Shown: in pieces, positions 51,951 to 63,285 of the stretch | How the letters are laid out: every line of letters starts with the position of its first letter | How positions within the stretch are numbered: the first letter of the stretch is position 1 | Assembly (NCBI RefSeq): GCF_963921235.1 | Contig: NC_086106.1 | Span: forward strand, 25,668,001-25,732,000 | Direction of reading: 5' to 3' | Source: Mobula hypostoma | Taxonomy: Eukaryota | Length of the DNA stretch: 64,000 nucleotides | The notes under the pieces: generated by a model | Told to the model about the DNA's origin: nothing | Database searches by the model: none | Seen by the model: only the letters and a program-made list of their open reading frames with translations | Position numbers and translations under genes: made by a program

Positions 51951-52700
51951 AGAAACATAGAAACATAGAAAATAGGTGCAGGAGTAGGCCATTCGGCCCT
52001 TCGAGCCTGCACCGCCATTTATTATGATCATGGCTGATCATCCAACTCAGAACCCCACCCCAGCCTTCCCTCCATAGCCCCTGACCCCCGTAGCCACAAG
52101 GGCCATATCTAACTCCATATATAACCAACGAACTGGCCTCAACTATTTCCTGTGGCAGAGAATTCCACAGATTCACCACTCTCTGTGTGAAGAAGTTTTT
52201 CCTAATCTCGGTCCTAAAAGTCTTCCCCTCTATCCTCAAACTGTGGCCCCTCGTTCTGGACTTCCGCAACATCGGGAACAATCTTCCTGCATCTAGCCTG
52301 TCCAATCCATTTAGGATTTTATACATTTCAATCAGATCCCCCCTCAATCTTCTAAATTCTAACGAGTACAAGCTCAGTTCATCCAGGCTTTCTTCATATG
52401 AAAGTCCTGCCATCCCAGGAATCAATCTGGTGAACCTTCTTTGTACTCCCTCTATGGCAAGGATGTCTTTCCTCAGATTAGGGGACCAAAACTGCACACA
52501 ATACTCCAGGTGTGGTCTCACCAAGGCCTTGTACAACTGCAGTAGTACCTCCCTGCTCCTGTACTCGAATCCTCTCGCTATAAATGCCAGCATACCATTC
52601 GCCTTTTTCACCCCCTGCTGTACCTGCATGCCCACTTTCAATGACTGGTGTATAATGACACCCAGGTCTCGTTGCACCTCCCCTTTACCTAATCGGCCAC
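51950..52700 (-). mobile_element. Young 750-bp CR1 3' fragment, same family as 23741-27225
   Basis: Nearly identical to 23741-24490, including the tail. Confidence 0.92.
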
Positions 52701-52978
52701 CATGGTTATATGGTTATTTGGTGATATATCCCACAATAATCCCTTAGGGCAACATTTTTTAAATCTTCCAGCATTGAATTAGTTATTCAATGTCAGCAAG
52801 TGCACATCCAGTTATTCCCTAACCTTTGTTTGCTGATGGGGAGCCAATCTGCTATCCATGCCAATAGACTCCTGAAAGCACGTTCTGTGTAGCCAGCACT
52901 CTCTTACTTAAAAAAAAATACTCACATCGGCCTGCCGCTTGTAATTACTCCCAATCGCATTAAAATGTCGTAGTCTTG

Positions 52979-53604
52979 TGTAAAGGGTTTCTTCTTTGTT
53001 CTGTTAAAATTAAAATGTTTTCGTTGTTATGTTAATCTTTTTATATTGCTGCGTATGTGAATTAAAGTGGGTTCTATGTTATGTTAAATACTGAGAAAGT
53101 CTCTCGCTGGGACTTGGCTTGGGTTATAACAGATAGCAGATGTACTAGGAGCCAATGGGTGTCCGTGTTATTCTTTTTGGATAGATATGCCGTATCATAT
53201 GTCTGGAAACCAGGGGCTATTGGCGGGGAGTTAGAGGAGAGTCCGTGAGGACGCCGGACGTGCAGGAAAGTTCAGGTTGATCACACTGGTAGTCCCGAGC
53301 CGCGAGTCGATGTGGTCAGAGTGGTCCCGAAGAGGTCTGCGAGCTCCAACGTGGGCACGAAGATATTGAACTTTGGTAAGTCTGGATCATTTTCAAATCT
53401 TTTTTTTTTGTAATGAACTTCTTATAGACCTGGTAATATCTATAAAGTGTAATTGGTGAAATGTACATTGTGTGCTGGCTGATGATTGACATTAGAAGCT
53501 GAATAAGGCGGCGGTTGTACAGCAACGGACATAACCGGGAGACAAGTAGAGCGGCGGACGGGGTTTCTCATAGATAAATGCGAGCCAATATAGCTAGCGT
53601 TACA
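52979..53604. mobile_element. Solo LTR at the same cassette position as 44377
   Basis: TGTAAAG...GTTACA with identical flanks to the 44.4-kb copy. Confidence 0.72.
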
Positions 53605-53709
53605 CTCACATTAGCCATTTCCACCCTTAGGTCAATGGGCTGAGTGTACTCACTATCTATGCCTCTTATCATTTATTTAGTTCCTAAGTTACCCCTGATC
53701 TTCCTTCGT

Positions 53710-53945
53710 TTCCAAAAATAAAGGTCCTTGCTCGCAGAAACTGAAACGACGTTTGGAATATATAAACATTTGCGGATGTGTAACTGAAGTTGAGCATTAT
53801 GATGTGCCTTCCCTTAATCGTCGATGCAGAGAGCTAGATCTTTCCCAGGCGCTTCTACATATGACAGACAAAATGACTGAACATCAAGTGCTCCCATCGC
53901 ACCTTCGAGACACCCACTGACTATTTGCGAAAAGTTTCGCCAGGC
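53710..53945 (-). pseudogene. Family D V relic, copy 4
   Basis: One frame reads TIKGRHIIMLNFSYTSANVYIFQTSFQF, which matches V FR1/CDR1 (cf. EGQTITLNCNYTYADANIFWYIQ). Confidence 0.52.
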
Positions 53946-55301
53946 AGCAGAGACAGTATAATCAGTAAGCATCAAGGTCTGCTTTCACGCGCGAAATTAA
54001 GCCAGATAACAAAAAGTTAATACCACAGATTTAAGAAATGATCTGAGATACGGTACGCCCTTCACTTCGTGCAAAAACCTGTGTAATTTGCTCTGCTAAC
54101 TCGGAGTTCAACCGTGAAACTCAGAGCTAAGTTGATTTAACCACCGACGTGAATGGAACTACTACATTCTCTGTTTATTTATCATTTACTCTAACTATAT
54201 TCTATTTTCCAATCTCACCCTTACCTTCATTGTTCCATTTTATTTAACACTTCATTTCTTGCAATGCACCTCCTTCTTTGTTTTCCATTGTGTTATGTCC
54301 AATATTTCCTTCGCTATGTCAATCAATGGCTCTCTGTCTGCCTCTGTATTGCAATCTGCAATTTTAGTGAATCATCAATGTAGCGTTAAGCACGTTGTGG
54401 GAACATCCTTTAATCCAACGCCAGTGCACTACGTATTAATTTTCAATCCGTAAAATAATCATCTTTTTATCTGCACTTTTAGGAAGCTAATGTCAGTGGA
54501 ACCCATCTGAAATTTATCTTCAACAGAAGCATTTAGTGTGACAGCATGTCCAATGCTGTCTAGTCATATACAACCTCGGTATCTCTAGGTTGCACTCATC
54601 TTCACCGTTAACTCCTCAATATCGTGAAAAATGAAGTGCAGCAAAAAATTAACCACAAGATATTCTTATAGGCAACAGAGAGACATGGACACCACCATAT
54701 AGTAGAAATTCTTCTGAAACGCGCCAAAATATCACCAGGTAAAGCTAAATTCAAGATGTGTTCATCAAGTTTGGTCGCATTGTTCCCGCAATAAAGGACA
54801 GATAATCTGTCGGATTATCTAAATGCTCACTATAAATCATGAATACCTGATGTATCTTCCGTAATTTCAGTGGGTTGTTAATTTCTGGGTTTCGTTAGCA
54901 TGCCACTTTCAATTCTTTGTCATTCTGGAAAACACCCGTTTTGCCACCCTCTGTTTTCCGTTGACCACTTTAAATTTATCCCGGTGCCACTCCGTCCGTA
55001 TTATCTTTCTGTGCAAACAAACTAACGAAGTGGCCAAAGACAATGTCAGTCAAGGCTGTTCATCGTTTTATATACTTATAACAAAAGAAGATTGGCGAAT
55101 GCACATTGCTTTTTTTAGGAAATGAATTGCAAATTTCCAGTTCGGTTGCGCCTTGTAATCAGAAACTTTCCTCAGCTTCGGCGCCTTGTGCTGCTGCTTA
55201 CAGCGCTCTTCCGCAGGACACGTGACCACAGATGATTTCCGGGTGCACCCCTTCCAGATTCGCCGCGAACAGGCGCCCTCCTGTGAGAGTTTTGCTGTCT
55301 T

Positions 55302-55656
55302 CCGTCTTGCTGACCTTCTGAAAACTAGCGGTAAACCGATTCATTCGATTCATTACTGCAGCGCTAGATACCTTCAGCAAATACTTTGGAGGTTCTCCAC
55401 TATGTTGAATGTACCAAATATATTTGGATTATTGAAAGTGTAATTGCAGTTCATTGTTATGTTCTGTCCTTCACTGGCTGTGAAGTCGGGAGGATCCTGC
55501 GTCACTGAATCTTTCCCACTCGCTCCTGCAATAAAGTACAGAATACATTAACAACGTCGGCTTCAGTTGAACGGCGGGTAAATTCGCTGGCCACGTTCAC
55601 AGACACTCACCGGGTAGCACAGACAATGCAATCATCAATAAACAGAGGGAAATCAC
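55302..55656 (-). pseudogene. TCR V pseudogene, family A (A5), 3' end and RSS deleted
   Basis: GTG start, frameshift at the Trp codon, SAAVMNRMNRFTASFQKVSKT, then ~100 bp deletion relative to A4 removing YxC and the RSS. Confidence 0.85.
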
Positions 55657-55858
55657 GGTGTCTGGTTTCTGGCTGAATCGAGCGGCAGCTTCCTTTCAGG
55701 ACGTAAATATCACTCAATAGTTATTGTGGTGTGAGGTTTTTTTTCAGCGATACCTTTCAGCTTATGTAAGAGCGAGTGTGTTTTCCTGGTTAAAGGTTGG
55801 CTGCCGCAATGGACCAAAACTTTCTGAGCACCAATGAGAATCTGTTTTTTGTTCCATT

Positions 55859-56080
55859 NNNNNNNNNNNNNNNNNNNNNNNNNNNNNNNNNNNNNNNNNN
55901 NNNNNNNNNNNNNNNNNNNNNNNNNNNNNNNNNNNNNNNNNNNNNNNNNNNNNNNNNNNNNNNNNNNNNNNNNNNNNNNNNNNNNNNNNNNNNNNNNNNN
56001 NNNNNNNNNNNNNNNNNNNNNNNNNNNNNNNNNNNNNNNNNNNNNNNNNNNNNNNNNNNNNNNNNNNNNNNNNNNNNNNN
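55859..56080. other. Assembly gap (222 N)
   Basis: Run of N. Confidence 1.
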
Positions 56081-56574
56081 TGCCTTCGTTACTCTGTTCT
56101 ATGCGTAATCACAACATATTCAAAAAGTTATGAATGTGTAATCTTACATAATCAAGCATTTTTCACATGGTCGTTGCTTCGACATCGACAGTATCCCGCT
56201 AGAAGTAGTTCATTCATTTATTTATTTGTTTCTTTAGTTAATTATTTGGTGATATATCTCACAATAGTCCCTTAGGACAACATTTTTCAATCTTCCGGCA
56301 TTGAACCAGTTATTGAATGTCAGCAAGTGTTCGTCTAGACTTTGTTTGCTGTTGCGGAGCCAATATGCTGTCCCCGGCAATAGACTCCTGAAAACACACT
56401 GTGTGTAGCAGCAATCTCTTCGTTAAAAAAAAGTACACACATCGGAATGCCCCTTGTAATTACTTCCAATCACATTAAAATATCGTAATCTCGCATTAGC
56501 CATTTCCACCCTTAGGTCAAAGCGCCGATTATCCTCTCTATCTATGCCTCTTTACATATTATACACAGTTATTC

Positions 56575-56825
56575 AGTCACCCCTCGTCTTTCTTCTTTGC
56601 AGAAAGATCCTTGCTGGCAGAAATTGAAATGACCGGTGGAATATACAGGCACTTGCCGATGTGTAACTGAAGTTGAGCATTCCGATTCCCCTTTCTTTAA
56701 TTGTCGATGCAGAGAGCCAGATCTTTCCCACACGCTTCTACAGAAGAAGGACAAAATAACTGAACGTCAAGTGCTCCCAATGCACCTGCGAGAGACCCAC
56801 TGACTATTTGCGAAAAGATTCGCCA
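56575..56825 (-). pseudogene. Family D V relic, copy 5
   Basis: Paralogous to the other D relics. Confidence 0.5.
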
Positions 56826-56919
56826 GGCAGCGTAGACAGTATAATCAGTAAGGGTCAAGGACGCACGTGGTGTCTGCTTTCACTGCTATCTCTCTATCCA
56901 GCACGATCCCTGACCCTCC

Positions 56920-57570
56920 GAATTGTAGTTGTTGCCTCCTCTGTTTCTTACCATGATGTTATTCCATCCGTCATATTCGTTCTCTGGCTGCCTCTGCTCC
57001 TTTTCCCTTCGCGTTTTCCAGCTGTAAATAAATGTTGTAATGTCTATCTTCGCATGATGTGTCTAAAGAATTGTGATTGCTCTTTTCTGATTTTTTCGTT
57101 AAGTAATGTACATTTTGTTTTCGTTCCTGTAGAAATTCCTCGTTGGTTATTCTGTCCGTATATGATATGCACAGCATTCTTCTGAGGAACCACATCTCTG
57201 CTGCATTGATTCGTTTTTCGATTGCATTTGTGATGGTCCGTGACTCGCAGCCATACATCAATATAGGAAGAATGTAGCAGCTGAGAGTTCTAAGACGGAC
57301 GTCAATTGTTATTTTCTTGTTCGTTAGTATTTTTCTCATTTCTGTAAATGCTGTTCTTGTCATTGCTATTTTTATTTTTATGTCTGTTTCTCATTTGCCA
57401 TCAGATGTTACCCATGATCGAAGGCACTTGACATTGTGAATTTGGTTCAGGGTTTTATTTCCCAACACGATCCTATAGTTTGGTAAAACAGGTTTCTTTG
57501 ATATTACAATTACCCTAGTTTTCTTTTTGTTTAAGGTTAGTCCAAGTTTTTCGTTCTCTGTATTGATGGT
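56920..57570 (-). mobile_element. RTE-clade LINE 3' fragment
   Basis: RTAFTEMRKILTNKKITIDVRLRTLSCYILPILMYGCES...AAEMWFLRRML, an RTE RT C-terminus. Confidence 0.8.
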
Positions 57571-58239
57571 AGATCATTCACTCTAACTGTATTCTATTGG
57601 TCAATTTTACCCTTCCATTCTTCGTTCTACTTTAAATAACAGTTCATTTATTGCAATGATTCTCCTTCTTTGCTCCCTATTTTGTTACTGTCCTATATTT
57701 CCGTCGCTATGTTACTCAATGGCTCTCTGTCTGCCACTGTATTCCAATCTGCAATTTTAGTAAATCATCAATGTGGCTTTAAACTCGTTGTTGGAGCATC
57801 CTTTAATCCAACGCCAGTCCACTCAGTATTAATTTGCATCTATATATCTGAACTTTCTGGTACCTGATGTCAATAGACCCCACCTGACATTTTTCTTCAT
57901 CAGAAGAATTTACTGTGACAGCATGTCCAATGCTATCTAGTGATATACAACCTCAGTATCTTTCGCTTGCACTCAACGTTACTGTTAATCCCAAAAGGTA
58001 GTGAAAAATGTAGTCCAGCAAAAAAATAACCACAAGATTTTCTTATAGGCAACAGAGCGACATGGACACCACCATATAGTAGAAATGCTTTGGAAAGCCA
58101 CCATAATTTCACTCGGTAAATCTAAATTCAAGAAGTGTTCCACAAGTTTGGTCGAATTTTGTTGTTGAATGCGGCATTTCAAATCGACCACGTGATCTTC
58201 ATGCTTTCTGCGTACAGCTGTTCCAGTTCCGCAGCAAAA

Positions 58240-58254
58240 GGCGCCCTCTAGTGA
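58240..58254 (-). promoter_or_regulatory. Candidate CTCF-binding element 12 bp beyond the B5 RSS nonamer
   Basis: Minus strand TCACTAGAGGGCGCC, a near-consensus CTCF core. Confidence 0.65.
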
Positions 58255-58305
58255 TCACGCAACGCTAGACTTTGTACAGACCCGCTGTTTCCCTACAACA
58301 CTGAG

Positions 58306-58729
58306 GGGTCCTTTATACAGAGCTACTGTATACACTTGAGTCTGGGACAAGAATCCCAGAGATACTTAAATGAGCTGACTCTGTGTTTGTGCCTAACAGC
58401 TGTAACTCAGCCGGGCATTCTGTGGCCGCTCCAGTTTTCCTCAGCCATACAGCTTCAGCAATTTTTAGGAGATTCTCCGCGATCTTCAGTGTATCAAATA
58501 GGTTTGTCTTAGTTCGTGTGCAACTGCATTTCAGTGTTATTATCTGAATTTCGTCAGCCGTAAATTTAGGAGCATCCTCATCACAGAATGTACTTTCTCG
58601 TTCCTGCAATAAAGGGCAGAATCCAGTGACTTCCCTGAACTGCACTAAACTGTGTGCTCGCTGGTCATGTGTGCAGCGTCATACCCGTCAGTATGGCGAA
58701 TGAAACCTATAAGAAACTAAGGGACACAA
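58306..58729 (-). pseudogene. TCR V pseudogene, family B (B5)
   Basis: ORF ...DAPKFTADEIQIITLKCSCTRTK...SAHLSISGILVPDSSVYSSSV*; RSS CTCAGTG/23/ACAAAGTCT at 58267-58305; leader start codon mutated. Confidence 0.8.
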
Positions 58730-59499
58730 ACTCACTCGCTTCAGCCCCGATAGGATCGCAAATCACTGACAAGAATTTATCAACATGATAGATAACGGGG
58801 AGTAAAACGTATCAGAAGTAGACTGAATGGTGCAATGTTCAACAATTGCTGGATAATACCAGAACAAAGGTTACATAAACACTAATCAGAACCTAGTTAC
58901 GTTGAATCCCCCTTTTTGCCTTTTGCTACAATTTAAATCTCTCTCTCTCTCTCTCAGCCCCCACCTCTATTTCTTTCAACTTCTTCACCCCTCTCCCCAC
59001 TCTACCCACTCTACCTCTCTCCATCTATCTATTTACCTATCTTTCTCTCTATATCTCCGCCTCCCTCACTCTCTTGCTCTCTCCCTGCCTACTTCTTTCT
59101 CTCGTTCTCACTCCGCACATTGATTTCTATTTTTCTATTTATCTACATGTTTGAACGCTCTATCAACTCACTCTCGCTTCCTTTGCCATTCTGCCCCTGC
59201 TCTGTCCTTTTCCCACCATGTCACTCCATGCTAACCAGCGTATTCGCGACGATTCCTACGCGTCATCCGCAAAATTATGACTTTCCGCTTTTGCTGTTTT
59301 CTAACTTATCATTAGCCGTTTAAGTTATTGACGGAATACCTTTCTATTTTCCAGGATCCCGTTCAATAATTCCTGTCAATAGCACATCAAATATTTATTC
59401 CCATGGACGAGCTTGGACAGGATGTTTAGCTGACATGGAAGGCACCGGTTAGAGCAGACACAGGTTGCGAACACTGAGGTGTCCAGATCCTGTATCGCC

Positions 59500-59765
59500 G
59501 TGGAACGTTGAGTGTTGAACTGCGCAGAGCTTTTCAGTGAAGTCCGGCACGATGCCCACGAACTTATTTAAGTGGAACATCTTTGCCCAGAGACCCGAAA
59601 TATGACTGGACTGTCTTCGCGTAAAACAATAATTTTATCGATTTTCCACAATATAGAACGCACGGCAAATAGACTGTGCCAGATTCCAAGTAACTGCCGC
59701 TAATTGACAAGGTTTGCCCTTTTACGGTCATTAAATCTATCCTTTTGAGGTTCACAAAATCTGCC
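59500..59765 (-). pseudogene. Highly decayed V-like segment, family C (C2), paralog of C1
   Basis: DFVNLKRIDLMTVKGQTLSISGSYLESGTVYLPCVLYCGKS...IVPDFTEKLCAVQHS; flanks colinear with 30.9-31.7 kb. Confidence 0.55.
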
Positions 59766-60438
59766 TCACTCGTCCCTATATCAAACCCCGAAGGTGTGAG
59801 GGGCGCCTGAACGCAGTGACCTTAGAACGCTCTGACGGCTTCGCCAGATTCGCCAAACAGAGTAGTAAGTATAAAAAATATCATGGTAATTTGAATAAAA
59901 TAAACAGAGGAAGATTTGGAGATGTCACTCCGATAAAACAGAATTGATTCAAGTAATCACAACAAGAGACTTTCCGGGAGACTCGTCGCTTTCGTTTCGT
60001 CTTTCTGTTCTAAATTATTGGATTATAGCAATGATAGGGATATGACTGGCGTTAATTGCCTCCTCCTCTCTCTCCGTCTCTCTCTCTCAGTTTGTCTCTC
60101 TTTCTGTCTGTGCGTCTCCCTGTATCTTTCTCTCTCTTTCTCTCGCTCTCTCTCTCTCTCTGCCTCTCCGACTCTCTCTTCCAATGTTCCTGTGGGAGAG
60201 TTTGAAGCCGATCACCAATCGGGCATATTGGAATTAAAAGAATGCTTGATTTTAACATATAAACAACGACAGCTGTCTCCTCTCTCGCTTTCAAACAAGC
60301 CATATCAGACTCTCCCTTGTTAGTGTGAGAGACAGAATGCCTGTGGGACAAAGAAATGTTGCAGTAAACATCTTTTTCTTGTACTGGAGGGCAAGCCTCT
60401 CCTTATACCTTTGCATTTACTTCGACGGTGGTTGGTCA

Positions 60439-63285
60439 GACAGAAAGATCTAGAAAGGAGAGGGAGGTGTCGGAAATGGACCCTCTCGAGTCAGCTTATC
60501 TACTAATGTGTACTATAAGACCTCCCTACCTCCCTACCCTTTCTAGATCTTTCTGTCACTATCTCTGGAGACAGCCTATCTACTGATGTCTACTATAAGC
60601 CTACTGACTCTCACAGCTATCTGGACTGTTCCTCTTCTCACCCTGTCTCTTGCAAAAATGCCATCCCTCTCTCGCAATTCTTCCGTCTCCGCCGCATCTG
60701 CTCTCAGGATTAGGCTTTCCATAAGTCAAAGAACAGAAGTCGGCCATTCGGCCCATTGAGTCTGCTCCGCCATTTTATCGTGGGCTAATTCATTCTCCCA
60801 CTTAGTCCCACTCCCCCTCCTTCTCATCATAACCTTTGATGCCCTGGCTACTCAGATACCTATTAATTTCTGCTTTAAATACACCCAATGAGTTTGCCTC
60901 CACTGCTGCTCGTGGCAACACATTCCATAGATTCACCACCTCTGACTAAAAAGATTTCTTCGCATTTCTGTTCTGAATGGGCGCCCTTCAATCGTTAAGT
61001 CAGGCACTCTCGTACTAGACTCCCCCATCAAGGGGAACAACTTTGCCACATCCACTCTGTCCATGCCTTTCAACATTCGAAATGTTTCTATGAGGTCTCC
61101 CCTCATTATTCTCAACTACAAGCAATGCAATCCAAGAGCGGACAAACGTTCCTCATATGTTAACCCTCTCATTCCCGGAATCATTCTAGTGATTCTTCTC
61201 TGTACCCTCTCCAAAGTCAGCACATCCTTTCTTAAATAAGGAGACCTAAACTGCCCACAGTACTCCAAGTGAGGTCTCACCAGCGCCTTATAGAGCCTCA
61301 ACATCACATCCCTGCTCCTATACTCTATTCCTCTAGGAATGAATGCCAACATTGCATTGGCCTTCTCACTGCTGACTCAACCTGGAGGTTAACTTTAAGG
61401 GTATCCTGTACGAGGACTCCCAAGTTCCGTTGCATCTCAGAACTTTGAATTATTTCCCCATTTCAATAATAGCCTGCCCGTTTATTTTTTTTTCTGCCAA
61501 AGGGCAAAACCATACACTTTCCAACATTGTACTTCATTTGCCACTTCTCTGCCCATTCTCACGATCTACCCAAGTTTCCCTGCAGACTCTCCGTTTCCTC
61601 AGCACTACCGGCCCCTCCACCTATCTTCCTATCGTCGGAAGGTTAGCCACAAAGCCATCTATTCCATAATCCAAATCGTTGATGTACAACGTAAAAAGAA
61701 GCGGCCCCAACACGGACCCCTGTGGAACACCACTAGTAACTGGCAGCCAACCTGAATAGGATCCCTTTATTCCCACTCTCTGTTTCCTGTCAATCAGCCA
61801 ACGCTCTATCCACGTATGTAACTTTCCCGTAATTCCATGGGCTCTTATCTTGTTAAGTAGTCTCATGTGTGGCACCTTGTCAAAGGCCTTCTGAAAATTC
61901 AAATATACAACATCCACTGTATCTCCCTTGTCTAGCCTACTGGTAATTTCCTCAAAAAATTGTAATAGGTTTGTCAGGCAGGATTTTCCTTTAAGAAATC
62001 CATGCTGAGTTCTGCCTATCTTGTCATATGCCTCCAGGTACTCTGTAACCTCATCCTTGACAATCGACTCCAACAACTTCCCAACCAACGATGTCAAGCT
62101 AACAGGTCTATAATTTCCTTTTTGCTTCCTTGTCCCCTTCTTAAATAGCCAAAGGTACAAGGAAATTTCCATTCCAGGTCGACGGAGATGTCCTCATTTT
62201 TAAAGAAAGGGGCTTCCCTTCCTCCACCATCAACCCTGCTATCAAATGCATCTCCCCCATTTCACGCACATCTGCTCTCAGTCCTTCCTCCCGCCACCTC
62301 ACGAGGAACAGGGCTCCCTTTATCCTCACCTACACCCCACTGGCCTCCGGGTCCAACATATTATTCTCCGTAACTTCTGCCACTTTCAACTGGATCCCAC
62401 CACTAAGCCCACCTTTCCCTCCCCGCTTCTCTCTGCTTTCCGCAGGGATCGCTCCGCACTCGAATCCCTTGTCCATTCGACCACCCCGTCCCCCATCCCT
62501 CCCATCCGATCTCCCTCCTGGCACTTATCCTTGTAAGCAGAACAAGTGTTGCACATGCCCTTACACTTCCTCCCTTACCACCATTCAGGGCCCCAGACAG
62601 TCCTTCTAGGTGATATACAGCGTCCGGTGCTCCTGATGAGGCCTTCTATATATTGGCGAGACCCGACGTAGACTGGGAGATCGTTAAGCTCTGTCCGCCA
62701 GAGAAAGCAAGATCTCCCAGTGGCCACACATTTTAATTCCACGTCTCAATCCCATTCTGATATGTCTATCCACAGCCTCCTCTACTGTAAAGATGAAGCC
62801 ATACTCAGGTTGGAGGAAGAACACCTAGTATTCCGTCTGGGTAGCCTCCAACCTTATGGCATGAAAATTGACTTCTCAAACTTCCGCGATGCCCCACCTC
62901 CCCCTCGTACCCCATCCGTTATTTATTTATATACACACATTCTTTATCGCTCTTTCCTTTTTTCTGCCTCTGTCCCTCTCACTATACCTCTTACCCATTC
63001 TCTAGGTTCCCCCCCCCCGCCGCTTTTCTTTCTCCCTAGGCCTCCATTCCAATGATCCCCTCATATCCCTTTTGCCAATCAACTGTCCAGCTCTTGGCTC
63101 CATCCCTCCCTCTCCTGTCTTCTATTATTTTGGATCTCCCCCTCCCTCTCCCACTTCCAAATCTCTTACTAGCTCTTCTTTCCGTTAGTCCTGACGAAGG
63201 GACCCGGCCCGGAACGTTGACTGTACCTCTTCCTAGAGATGCCGCCTGGTCTGCTGCGTTCACCAGTACCTTTGATATGTGTTGA
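60439..63285 (+). mobile_element. Penelope-like element (RT thumb plus GIY-YIG remnant) with nested minus-strand CR1
   Basis: LPFLDLSV...YKPTDSHSYLD...SQFFRLRRICS at 60535-60710; HFNSTSQSHSDMSI...RLEEEHLVFRLGSLQP at 62720-62880; tttccat repeated around the nested CR1. Confidence 0.8.
60721..62150 (-). mobile_element. 5'-truncated CR1 LINE nested in the Penelope-like element
   Basis: RT ORFs 61621-62172, 61116-61352 and 60933-61115. Confidence 0.88.
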
